From Camelus dromedarius (lineage: Eukaryota), in contig NC_087437.1 in the NCBI RefSeq assembly GCF_036321535.1, positions 119,600,001 to 119,664,000 on the forward strand: 64,000 nt of DNA. Direction: 5' to 3'. Positions 1 through 29,460 of this stretch are shown piece by piece (the stretch's first letter is position 1; the number at the start of each line of letters is the position of its first letter). The position numbers were made by a program, and so were the translations under genes. The notes below the pieces were generated by a model. It was given only the letters and a program-made list of their open reading frames with translations, made no database searches and was not told the DNA's origin.

Positions 1-327
1 ACCTCCCAGACTCAGCAGTAGAAAACAACCCAATCAGAAAATGGGGCGACACAGGGAGAGATATTCCACCAAGAGGACACACAGGTGGCAGATGAGCCCA
101 TGAAAAGGTGCTCAACACTATTAGCCACCAGGGACATGCGGGTTAACACCGCCGTGAAACACCTCGTACACCTTTCAGAACGGCTGAAGTAAACACCGGT
201 GACAACACCGGATTCCGACGAGCGTTCGGGAGACTGGAGCTTGCAAACGTTTCTGGGCTTGTAAACTGGTGGAGCGGCTTTGGAAAGAAGGCGGTAGTTT
301 CCTAAAAAGCTAATTATGCAACTATGG

Positions 328-865
328 TGTGGATGGAAACCGTTGCAGCCACATCAGCAAACACAGGGTGTGGCAGCCCTCGGCCACTGCGGCCGCCCCT
401 GGTGCTGAGCAGAGGGAACTCGGGATGGCGGCAAATGCGTTGCCTGCTGCCAAGCCCTCAGCCACTGCTGCCACCCCCAAGGGTGCCCGCTGAGGGGACT
501 CAGAACGGGATCCAGGGCACACGGGTGCAAATCCAAGCATGAGGAGATCTCAGGTGCACATCCAAGCATGATGTCAACGAGCCCAGAGCTTTGCACCTTC
601 TCACACACAGAAAAGCGCTAAATTCCTTCACTTGAGATGTCTGGGGTTTTTGAATTAACAGTGACCTTTTGATGTTCAAACTACACGGTCTCCATTGCAA
701 AAATTCCTGTACATCCTGGCTCCTGCCCTACCTCTTCAGAGCAGTCCCTCGGAGCGATCTGAGAGGCTGTCTCCCCGGCTTGAAGTCCACAGAAAATCTG
801 CCACATAAAACATAATTCCCAACTTCCAGGTTGTGCTTTTTATTTTTATTGTTTTTCAGTTGACA
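328..865 (+). mobile_element. ERV1-like solo LTR, family A copy 1
   Basis: TG...CA termini; flanks ATGG/GTGG; homologous to four other copies in the window (shared ATAAAACATAATT...TTCAGTYRACA end). Confidence 0.8.
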
Positions 866-1166
866 GTGGTGTCACCCAGCAAGTGCACTTCCGGACATTT
901 ATCTGAGAAAAAGGAAAACTGTATGCTTCCATTACGTGACATTTTGGACATGGCGGTATTTTAGAAATGGAGAACAAATTAGCCAGGGATTAGAGCCGGG
1001 GAAGGGGTGGAGGGGGAGGGTGGTGGATTCGAGAGGGAATTCGGTGTGGCTTCAAAAGGACAGTAGGAGGGGTCCTTGCAGCGATGGACCTGTTCGGTGT
1101 CTTCATTGTGGTGGTGGATACACGGGCCCACGTAGGGTTCGGAGTGAACAGAGCTAATTACACACA

Positions 1167-1635
1167 CGTCATGGGGAAATGTCTTGGGGCTCAGTGGGCC
1201 GGTGTGTGGGAGGTAAAAGAACTTACCAAAGACAAAGGGTGAAAATAGAGAAGGAGTCTATTGGGGGTGCTGCCACAGACAACAGCGGGCCACACAGGCG
1301 AGGGGACTGTGCGAGCCCTGGGGGCCGCTGGCGGAGGTCTTCTCTGCAGGAGGGTCACATCAGGTGCCGCGGGGTCACCCGGGGCATGATGGGCTTGTGC
1401 GCGAGTCTCTGACTGGTTTGTGTTGGGGTAACAGGGCAGGGAGGGGCCGTGGGAGAGCAGGGCTGCAGGACTGTGGGAGGGGCTGTGACCGGTCCTGCTG
1501 GTCAGGCTTCCCGGCATTGACTAGACCATCATCTCAGCCAAGGCAGGGGGGTGTGAGGAAAGGAAACTTCTTGTTGTCTTTAAATTGCCTAAGGGGATTG
1601 GGGCAGGAACCTGCCAGATGTCTGTGGACCCCACA
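1167..1635 (-). mobile_element. Solo LTR of a second family
   Basis: Minus strand starts TGTGGGGTCC and ends CCCCATGACG; contains GGTAAGTTCTTTTACC; ACACA on both flanks. Confidence 0.6.
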
Positions 1636-1718
1636 ACACACACAGACACACGCTACAGACACACCCCACAAACACACAACACACACCACACACATTCACA
1701 AACACATACACACACATA

Positions 1719-2664
1719 TGCGGACTGAAAAAAATGCACAGCCTCAAAGTTGAGAATTATGTTTTCTTTGCCAGACAAAACTGAGGACTTAAGCCTCAGG
1801 ACTTAAGACAGACTCTCAGATCTCTCTAAGGGGCTGCTCTAAAAAGGTAAGAGAGGAGCCAGGGTATATAGGACTTTTGCAACAAAAAACAGGTTAATCA
1901 AAGAAAGACCGGACATTCTCAAGTAAATGAATTTAGCACTTTTCTATGTATAGGAAGATGCAAGAGTCTGGGCCACTGAAATCACTCCTGTGATGTGCAC
2001 TTTTTTTTTAATTTAAGAGTAGTCTATATACAATGTGTTAGTCTTTGGTGTACAATTTAGTGATTCAGTTATACACATGCATATATATATTCTTTTTCAT
2101 ATTTTTTTCATTATGCGTTATTACAAAATATTGAATACAGTTCCCTGTGCTACACAGTAGGTCCTTGTTGTTTATACAGAACAGTATCTGCAAATCCCAA
2201 ACTCCCAATATATCCCTCCCTCCTCTTCCCTCGTGGCAGCCATGAGTTTGCTTTCTCTGAGTCTCTATTTCATAAATAAGTTCATTTGTACCTTTTTTTT
2301 CAGATTCCATATATGAGTGATACCATACGGTATTTTTCTTTCTCTTTCTGGCTTAACTTCACGTAGTATGATTATCTCCAGGTCCATCCATGTTGTTGCC
2401 AGTGGCGTTGTCTCATTCTTTTTTATGGCTGAGTAGTATCCCATTGTGTATATACACCACAACTTCTTTATCCAGTCCTCTGCTGACGGACATTTAGGTT
2501 GCTTCCATGTCCTGGTGACCTGCACCTTAACTCTCTAGGGCCAGTGTCCTGCTGTTCTTCGTCCTGAGTCCCCTCTGGGTGCACAGTCAGGGTGGCTGCA
2601 GTGGCTGATGGCTTGACGGCCACAACATCCCTTGTTTATGGATGTGGCAGGTGACAATTTTCAT

Positions 2665-2669
<5 letters not shown>
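1719..2669 (-). mobile_element. ERV1-like solo LTR, family A copy 2, interrupted by a younger L1
   Basis: Reverse complement of copy 1 at both ends; flanks CATA/CACA. Confidence 0.8.
2001..2515 (-). mobile_element. 5'-truncated L1 3' end inserted in the LTR
   Basis: Poly-T at 2001; similar to the 57406-58165 element; ORF-track peptide WKQPKCPS...[17 protein letters not shown]; degenerate TSD TGATGTGCAC/TGACCTGCAC. Confidence 0.85.
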
Positions 2670-2697
<28 letters not shown>

Positions 2698-2769
2698 TAC
2701 AACGCTGGAGAAATCCAGATAAGATCAGTAGGACTTATCACTGCCCACGTCCTGTGTGTGCCGTTGCAC

Positions 2770-3317
2770 TGAGACGGGAAGGAAGGGGCAGGCACAATCA
2801 TTGAAAGAATGACACAGCAATTAATACCAAGACGGCAGAAGATTCAGCTCCCAGCACACCTTGAGGCCCACGTAGGGGGGATTTGACTCCTAGCAGCCCT
2901 GAGCTGCGTCACATGCTCATTGAAATACATTAGCCGCTAAACGCCCCTCCCACAGGTGCCACAGCGGGGTTGAGGCGGCCCACGAAAGGTCAAAAAGCGG
3001 GCGCTGGCCCAATTCCTGGGACCCCCAGCCCCCTAACAGTTGGAATAATCCTCCCACGTGTCATCATAGCGAGTTACTGAGCCCATAGGAACTAGCCGCC
3101 CCACACCTGGCGGCCGCGCTCCCTTCTGGGTGAGACAGACCGCGCTCTGCCCACGGCGCGTGCATCTCTCTGAGCAAACCAACCTTCATCAACCGTGGCT
3201 CGCCCTTGAATTCCCTCCTGCACGAAGCCAAGGACTCACACGTGGCGGGGCACGACCCAGAGGCTCAGCCGAGACCTGGGACACGGCCCTCCTCTCGCCC
3301 CACATTTTCCTGTGTCA
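2770..3317 (+). mobile_element. ERV1-like solo LTR (third family)
   Basis: TGAGAC...GTGTCA termini; flanks GCAC/GTAC; ERV1-like U5 CTCGCCCTTGAATTCCCTCCTGCACGAAGCCAAGGA. Confidence 0.7.
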
Positions 3318-5130
3318 GTACCACAGTTTTGTCAAATGTCATGATTAGGGAAAACCGGGCAAAGTTCACGAGAGACGTCTCTCTGCATCCTTCCTTGTGA
3401 CTGCCTAACATCGCAATGACCTCAACACAAATTTCAATGAAAAAAATATTCGTCCAACAAGAATGTTTCTGAAATCATAGGTCTTGTGACTACGTGAACC
3501 AAACATCACTTTAAAAAATCATTTCTATGGCTCTTTTTCTCACCAGCCCTCGGTGTGGCTGGCCAGGGGAACGTGCCCGGAAGTGGTTCACCGGTCACCC
3601 CAGCCCTGCCGCCCCTCCCCGGACCTGAGCACCCCTAGAAGACAACAGCGCCCGCCCCTCCCTCACAAGGGCCCACTGAGGAGCTCTTGCCTCAGGCTCA
3701 GGGCAGCCCCGGGGCTGCAGGGGTGACCCCACAATCGCACAGCTGAGGCCTGACTCCTGCTGGGGCTGACAGTGCAGGCTCTGGAATCTTGCCTTAGGGC
3801 GTCTGCCCGCTTCCTGCGGCCTGTCCAGCGGGCAGCCCCAGGGATGGTGGCAGAGTGGCTTTGGCTCCGGCCGGGCAGCAGGCAGCCCTCTCCTCAGACA
3901 GGAGGAAGGTGAGACTGGTCTCAAGGTCACAGGCCCAGGAGGCAGCTGCCCTGGGAAGTAACCTGGAATTTTCCAGAGGCCAGGAGGAGTGGGAGGGAGT
4001 GGCCGGCCTCCCCAGAGCCCCACCTGGTGGCCAGACTTGGGAAGTTCCCTGGTGTCCTTGGAAGGGGGCTGTCTGAGGGCTGGTGTGCTAAACCAGGAGC
4101 CGTAGGGACCCACGAACCCGGCTCCCATCCCTTCCCTTTCCTTGTCTTTTCCTCTGATGCCTGCAGGACATGACCACTAAGTTTTAATATTGTGCTGGGA
4201 ACCAGTAACATACAAATTATAAATACCAGCTTGGCCCCTCCTGCTGGTGCAGCCCCTGGGGACTTAGGAGAGAGTAAAGGGGACCAGAGGAGGTGGGGGG
4301 CGGAGTCCCCCTCCCCACACCGGCCACTCCCAGGGAAGAGGGGTCTCCCAGAGGCCCAGGCGCCTGTCCGCAGCAGACAGCGAGCCCCAGCTCCTCCTGC
4401 AACCCACCCCCACCTCACACTGCCCTCACTAAGGAAACAAGAAGCTTCTAGTTTGCACCTACGAAGAAAAGGAAAGAAAGAGGGGAAAAGTAAAAAGACC
4501 CTGATCGAAAAAAATGTGTCTTAAGGGTTCATTCCCCGAACTCTGAAAATACGCTATCAATTTTTAGTGGAGGGCTTCTAGAAAACACCATTGTTGTTTT
4601 CTTCTCATTCTTCAAAAAAAAGAAAAAAAAATCCTCTTCTGTCATTTCTCACCCCTAAGTGATACCATGTTGACCATTTTTCTATGAACTAGACTTGGAG
4701 TCCTAATTTTTTTACATAATTTTGATCACTCTCTGGCAGACCAGAATACAGCATAGAAAGTAGCAGTTCAGTATTCACACACTGGGTGGCTGTTTTTGTA
4801 CTTTTAGAGGGGAGAAATATGGAGGGTTTTTTTTTTTAAACAAATGTCATAGTTTTAAATTATAAATGTTATCATTAGGTTGAATTCCCCCATTTCCATA
4901 CTAAATACGTGCTGGTGGATGAAACAATGGCATTTGGGTGAAGTCCACAGAGAGTCATCATTCAGTCACTCTGTGAGCAGCTCTGGGTCCCGGGTGCCGG
5001 GCTGGGGGCTGGGACATGCAGGTTAACAGAACACAGCATGTCCCTGGAGAGCCCTCCATCTAGGTGACAGACAGCTCAGAAACAAAGAGTTCTTTGCCAT
5101 AAAACTGTGTTACCATATCTGTCTGCACAC

Positions 5131-5571
5131 TGTGAATTTAAAATGTCACCTGCCACATCAGTAAACGAAGGATGTTGTAACCATCAAGCCATCACAGTAC
5201 TGCCACCCCCTAGAGTGCCCCCTGCGGGGACTCAGGGTGGGAGAGAACAGGACACTGGCCTGGACAGCCAGGTGCACGTCAGAGGAGTGATTTCAGTGGC
5301 CCAGACCTTGGCAGCTTCCTGTAAACAGAAAAGTGCTAAATTCATTAATTTGAGATATCTGGTTTTTTTTTTAATTAATAGTAACCTTTTGATGTTCTGA
5401 CTCCCTGGTTTTTGTTGCAAAAGGCCCTATATATCCTGGCTCCCTCCTTATCTCTTCAGAGCAGTCCCTCAGAGCTGTCCACGAGCCTGTCTCCCAGGCT
5501 TAAGTCCTCAGAATATCTGCTGAATAAAACGTAATTCTCAATTTTAGGTTGTGCATTTTTTTCAGTCAACG
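5131..5571 (+). mobile_element. ERV1-like solo LTR, family A copy 3
   Basis: Homology to 328-865; AATAAA at 5523; 4-bp TSD ACAC/ACAC. Confidence 0.8.
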
Positions 5572-6039
5572 ACACACACACACAAACTAGCATGCATATA
5601 CATGTACACATATGTGTGCACATACATGTACACACACACACACACACACACACACACCCAAGTGCTATGGGAGCCCAAGCAAGGACCTCTCTCTACAGAT
5701 TCATGAGTTTCGGGGAAAATTTAGACCATTTAGGAATCCAGGGGAGGCCCATGAACTGGAAGGCAGCACGTCTCCAGAAGATGCTCAGAAGCAGGAGGAC
5801 AGGCCATGGTTCTCCATGCGGTGCTGTCCCCAGTCACAGAGGGTGTGGTGTCCCCAGTCACAAGACGCAGCAACCCAGGGGGCTTGCCTTTTCAGCCTTT
5901 GGGGAAAACTGGCCAAAGAGTAAATGTGTCTAAATTAATTGATTGGAAGCCAATACTGTTTACTCTTCTGCAGCAGAAACCTGATTCTTCTCCGTCACCA
6001 CAGGCACGTCCCTTTGCCTTCCAGCCGCTGGAGGCCGGG

Positions 6040-6464
6040 TGTGGGGCTGCACCCCGCTGGCCTTCAGGGCCTGTATTCACCCAGCTTCCAGCCCGAAAAA
6101 AGAGCCTGGAGTCAACAACGGAGACCTCAGTGGTTTGACAGATGGGGGAGCTTACACGTCGGAAGAAGCCACACCCCGTGGAGTGCGGTGGAGGGCGGTG
6201 GGTAGGTCCTGGCGGCAATCTTGGCTTTTGGTGGGGGCGGCGGAGAGGTTAGCAGTTACAGGGGAGTTGACGTCAGGCTGGCTCATCGGTTACCAGGGAA
6301 ACCAGCAGAGGAGCCACCCCGTGATAGGAACAATCCCTAGCTGGGGCGGGGGCAAGGATGAAGGCGGGTCAGGCAGGTGAGTAGGTGCCGGGGACACAGG
6401 CACTGCTCCAGCAGGGGATGGACCGAGAGCAAGAGAGCCGCCCTCTTGGCGGCCTGGCCACACA
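6040..6464 (-). mobile_element. Solo LTR (orientation tentative)
   Basis: TGTG...CACA termini with a perfect 4-bp TSD CGGG at 6036-6039 and 6465-6468. Confidence 0.6.
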
Positions 6465-6917
6465 CGGGCCATCAGGTGTGGGTCTGCCGCTAGATCAGGG
6501 CTGGGTGCTCACGCACGCATCCCAACCCCACCGCTGCTGCTTGGAGAATGCTCACAGAGGGGCCTTCGGATGTGAAGACCAGTACAGCTTCACCCACGTC
6601 TGGAACACCTTCCACCCACAGCGGCTCCCGGGCCAGGGCGACAGCCAGACCTTCCTGGGGTCTTCCTGCACAGCCCTGGGCCGTCTCTCCAGGTGAGGAG
6701 TGGAGAAGATGGACTTCAGCTGGGGCCTCACCTCCCAGCCAGAAACCCTGCTATTAGAAGAGGGAGGTAGTGACAGCTTTGGTGGCCAAGTACAGTATTC
6801 ACGTTTTTGGCCAATTTTTAACACTCTGTTTCCAAACTTTCTGTAACATTGTTAGATCTTCTATAATTCTTATAAAAATGCTTAAACACAGCTATATCAA
6901 ATACTAAAATATCAGAA

Positions 6918-6948
<31 letters not shown>

Positions 6949-7444
6949 GAGAGGCGGCATTTCCAGGCACTGTCCTGGACTTCTGGGCACAGATGGGGGC
7001 CTCCTTCATTTACTTACTTGGGACACAGATGCCCCACAGTTGCTTCTTCAGGCCCAAGCCACTAGGGGGAGACAGCCCACCTCATCTATGGCATGTTTCT
7101 CTGGCTGTTGCTGGGCTGCAGGTTAGTTGTGCTCCAGCCACAGCCTTCTCTCTTGGCTCCTGCTCCGGCCTGGCTGTCTGGTAGGGTAGGTATGAAGCTA
7201 TATCCATGGGAGAAAATCAACAAGATGGCAAACAGCTTTACCTACGAACTTCAAGCCAGCAAACGTCTCCACTGGGACCAAACGTATCTAGAGGACAGAG
7301 TTGATCATCACATTATGTCTCAATGGGTTCCAACTGGTGGCCCAAAGTCTCTTTAGACTCAAATGCTGAAGACTGTAGCTTTACAGTTAGTTACTTGCTT
7401 TCGCTTCTGCTGGTATGCGGTGCCCCACTGGACTGATGGGTGGT

Positions 7445-7600
7445 CTTGGGAAATCCTCTTCACTTCTACACCTCAATTTTCCCATCTGTGGAATGGGACT
7501 AGTGATAATCCCTATGTCATAGGGTCGCTGTGATGATGCAACAGGCAAGTATGTGAAACGGGCTGAGAATGGTGCCAGGCTCCTTCCTGGTACAGGCTGA
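7445..7600 (+). mobile_element. MIR SINE core fragment
   Basis: CCTCAATTTTCCCATCTGTGGAATGGGACTAGTGATAATCCCTATGTCATAGGGTCGCTGTGA matches the MIR core pattern. Confidence 0.7.
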
Positions 7601-7973
7601 GTCACTGGCTGACATTAGCATCACCCAAGACCTTTTGAAACATGTAAGATGACAAATATTTCCCAACAAAATTCAGGAGCAGTTAAAACAGAAGGAAACC
7701 ACAAAAGGCTGCTGACCCCAAAGCCAAGTTCTCACAACTAAGATCATCACGTGTGAAATCTTTTCTCTTTTCACAGGCTCTATCTTCAATCCCTGAGCTA
7801 CCACCACTTTCCTTCTTTTTTTAATTGGAGTATTATTTTATTTCGAGCAGGGTAATTTTAAATGAAGGTATATGGGTTTCTTTAAACTAACAAAAGATTC
7901 TGTGCCATGGTACCATTATAAATGGAAATCTGTAGAGCTTAATAGTTTCTTTCTTTCGTCCTGTAGAACATGG

Positions 7974-9520
7974 TTTATTGAAGTCTAGCTGATGTAATGC
8001 GATGTTAGTTTCAAGCACACAACATAGTGGTCTGATGTTTAAAGACAATCCACAACGATCTCGTGGTAAGTCTCATTATCCTCGGTCCCCATACAAACTT
8101 ATTGCCATGTTACTGACAATGTGCTGTGTATTACATCCCCAGGGCTTATTTATTTTATAACTGGAAGTTTGTACCTCTCAGTCCCCTTCACCCACTTCAC
8201 TCAGCCGTTAACCACTCCCTGCTGGTGACCGTCTGTGTATTCTCTGAATCTGTGAGACTGTTTGTTTTGTTATGTTTGTTCATTTGTTGTTTTTTAGATT
8301 CTACATATAAGTGAAATATTTCTTTCATTTTTTAATTTGCCTTGTCTGATTTATTCACCTACCATTATATCCTCAAGGTCCAGCCATGTTGTTACAAATG
8401 GCAAGATCCCATTCTTTTTTATGGCTGAATAATATTCCATTGTGTATATATACCACATTTTCTTTATCCATTCATCTGCTGATGGACACGTAGGTTATTT
8501 CCTTATCTTGGCTATTGTAAACAGTACTGCAATAAACATAGGAGATATATATATTTTTGAATTAGGGTTTTTGTTTTCTTTGGGTAGACACCTAGGGTGG
8601 AATGCTGGATCATACGATAGTTCTATTTTTAATTTTTTGAGGACCCTCCATACTGTTTTCCATAGTGGCTGCACCAATTTACAGCCCCACCAACAGGGCA
8701 CAAGTGTTCCCTTTTCTCCACACCCTTGCCAAAACTTGTTATTTGTTGTCTTTTTGATAATAGCTATTCTGACCGGTGTGAAGTGATATCTCATTGTGGT
8801 TTTGATTTGCATTTTCCTGGTGACTAGTGATGCTGAGCATCTTCCAGGTGCCTGTTGGCCATCTGTGTGTCTTCTTTGGAAAGATATCTATTCAGGTCTT
8901 CTGTCCATTTTTTTGATTGGGTTGTTTGGTTTTTGCTATTAAGTTGTAGGAGTTCTTTGTCTATTTTGGATATTAACCCCTTATTGGATATATTATTTGC
9001 AAATATCTTCTCCCATTCAGTAGGCAGACTTTTGTTTTGTTGATGATTTCCTTCACTGTGCAAAACATGTTTTAGTTTGATGTAGTCCCATTTGTTTATT
9101 TTTGCTTTTGTTGCCCTTGCCTGAGGAGACAAATCCAAAAAAAAATACTAATACATATGTCAAAGAGGTACTTGCCTATGTTTTCTTCTATGAGTTTTGC
9201 AATTTCAGGTCTTATATTTATATTTTAATCCATGCTGAGTTGATTTTTGTGTATGGTGTAAGAAAGTGGTCCAGTTTCATTCTTTTGCTTGTAGCTGAAA
9301 AGACTGTCTTTTCCCCATTGCATGTTCTTGCCTCATTTGTCACAGGTTAATTGCCCATATAAGTGCGTGGGTATATTTCTGGGCTCTCTATTCTGTTCCA
9401 CTGATGTGTGTCTGTTCATATGGCAGTACCACACTGTTTTGATGACTGTAGCTTTATAATATAGTTTGGAATCAGAAAGGGTGATATTTCCAGCTTTGTT
9501 CTTTCTCGAGATTGCTTTGG
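7974..9520 (-). mobile_element. L1 (L1MA-like) 3' 1.5 kb, degenerate ORF2 C-terminus plus 3'UTR
   Basis: ORF-track fragments [21 protein letters not shown]...[16 protein letters not shown] and KAKINKWDYIKLK...PTEWEKIFAN are L1 ORF2 motifs, frameshifted. Confidence 0.92.
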
Positions 9521-10229
9521 TGAGCTACCACTACCTTCAAAGAGAGCTGGGTAGAAACCCTCAAAATAAAAATGGTCTTGTCACTTTCTGACATGTACAG
9601 AGATCTGTACAGTGACTCTGATTCGGTGAGGGCCATCCAATTACAGTTTGCCCTAGCTACCCACCCCCCATCTTCCTCCATTCCCCTCTCACTCAAGTCA
9701 CAGGAGGCTTCCTGGAGCCACAACATTCCCTGGACCTGGGTCCATCTCTAATCTCTTTGAAAGTCACCCATCTTTCCCACTGTTGCCTCAAAGCAAAGCA
9801 ACAGATTCATATTCTGATGAAATTGTTCATGATAAAGCACCACTGGGCAGCAATTACTTACCAAGTAACCTTCTTCTGTTGTGTGTGTGTTGTGGGGACC
9901 TCAGAAGGTGTGTGGGTCATGGGAGGGGTCCCCAGCCCTGCAACTGCATGGTAGATTAACAGGTCCATACAAAGAGGTAGGGAAGCCTCTGGCTTCTTGA
10001 TGGCAGGAGACTGTCATCAGTATTGCTGTGTGGGGTCTCGGTGGTCCTGTGTTATCCCAGTACTTTCTTATTCTGCTTCTGAGTGTTGTGATGTCATAAG
10101 AGATAGTGCTGATCTGCTGAGAACCCTGTTCTAACAGAAAAATGCAAAGCCCACAATGTCTACAGAAGAGATCAAAGTAATCCAGCCTCTTGAACGAAAC
10201 TTACACAATTTCAGTTTACACAAGCAGTC

Positions 10230-10807
10230 AGGATTCATTCAGACGAGCTCTGGCTTTTGAACACACTAAGAAGGTGTATGTCCTCTGGGAGCAAGAGACA
10301 ATAATACATCAAGCACCAAAGGCTAGGAAGACATAACAGAAATAAACCTCAAAACTATAATCACATAGAGGTTAAGTTCCCACATGTGAAAAGAGATCTT
10401 GGTAGAAAATTTGGGTCCGGTTCTGGTGCCTGGATACAGATGTGCAGACAGCGGCATCTGCAGTGACGCCTGCAGGTCCAGGCTGCCGCGTCTTTGCTGA
10501 GTGGCTGCGGCGTGGACCGCTCTGCATGGGAGGAAAGCGGACGGACAAGTAGGGAAAAGGTAGCCCTTGGGAGGTGTTCCTGCTTCTGCTGTTAGTGAAG
10601 GTCAGAAAGGACTTTCAGGGTCATTTCAGTCCATTGCCCCTCTGGCTGGTTAGAGGTGTTAGAAGAAAACTGTTCTACTTGTAGAGGAATGAAAAGATGC
10701 TCCTTCTTTTGGCTCTGCTGCTCGAAGTTTCCACACGGGATTCCACGGAAGGGCAGGGATGGCTCCATCTTGGCAGGAACTCAAGGTGGTAACTTGCTTC
10801 TTTCTCT
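10230..10807 (-). other. TMPRSS3: TMPRSS3 3' UTR (distal end not determinable)
   Basis: Follows the stop codon. The 10260-10430 segment resembles my recollection of the human 3' UTR. No canonical poly(A) signal is visible, so the end is approximate. Confidence 0.5.
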
Positions 10808-28851
<18,044 letters not shown>

Positions 28852-29333
28852 GGTGACTATTTCAGGACCTCTGAGACCAGGCTCCGTCTCCACCTCCACC
28901 TCCTTCACGGGAAGAGCAGAAAGCATCAAGTCCTTATTTATAGCTTTAGCATCAAACGAATCTTTGTCGTGTTAAATCTTTGAAATCTGACTATCCACAA
29001 GAAGCTTGTTCACTGCCAATAAATCAAAGCCATTTGTCCAGGGAGAATGCATTTTGTTTTTCCCGAGCTACAGCAGATAAGAGAGACACTTCTGAAGTGA
29101 GCGAAAAGATATGTACGGAGTCCTGCCCCAAACATGACTTTCCCATTATTTGTTCAACCAACCTCAAATCAATTGAACAGCGTATCTATAGAGACAGGCC
29201 TTTTTACCTTTAGAAGTTAGCGTACCATTATTTTTCAGAAGATAAATTACTTTCAAATGCTTTCCTTCTCTTTCATCACGGCTCTTGGTCCCACATAAAC
29301 CCCACCCTTTGCCGGCACCAGGCAAGCACCTAC

Positions 29334-29460
29334 CAGGAAAGTAGTGTCCGCGCCCCCAGTTGCAGGCGGCACCAGGGAGGGGACTTCCACCCACAGTGTT
29401 TGTAGCTTCCCGTAAACACAACCCTTTCCAGGCTCGCACAGGATTGACCTAGTTAAGGAT
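29334..29460 (-). other. TMPRSS3: Probable TMPRSS3 exon 1 (5' leader); 5' end uncertain
   Basis: Minus strand GGAAAGGGTTGTGTTTACGGGAAGCTACAAACACTGTGG resembles the human TMPRSS3 mRNA 5' region as recalled; candidate donor CTG|GTAGGT at 29334/29333. Confidence 0.6.

Larger units (their letters stand above)
1..3446 (+). mobile_element. Old L1 (L1MC-like) 3' fragment, split by nested insertions
   Basis: L1 ORF2-end and 3'UTR-like pieces at 1-327, 866-1166, 2670-2769 and 3318-3446 read collinearly once the inserts are removed; A-rich end at about 3440. Confidence 0.75.

Noticed and set aside
3450..7400. TFF1 expected downstream of TMPRSS3 by human synteny
   Set aside because: No signal-peptide exon or trefoil cysteine pattern recognised; the gene probably lies left of the window.
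8442..9350. ORFs similar to L1 ORF2
   Set aside because: Frameshifted fragments of a truncated L1; not a functional gene.
28903..28929. Upstream in-frame start MMLSALPVK in the ORF track
   Set aside because: Lies in the intronic pyrimidine tract upstream of the exon 2 acceptor; usable only if intron 1 were retained.
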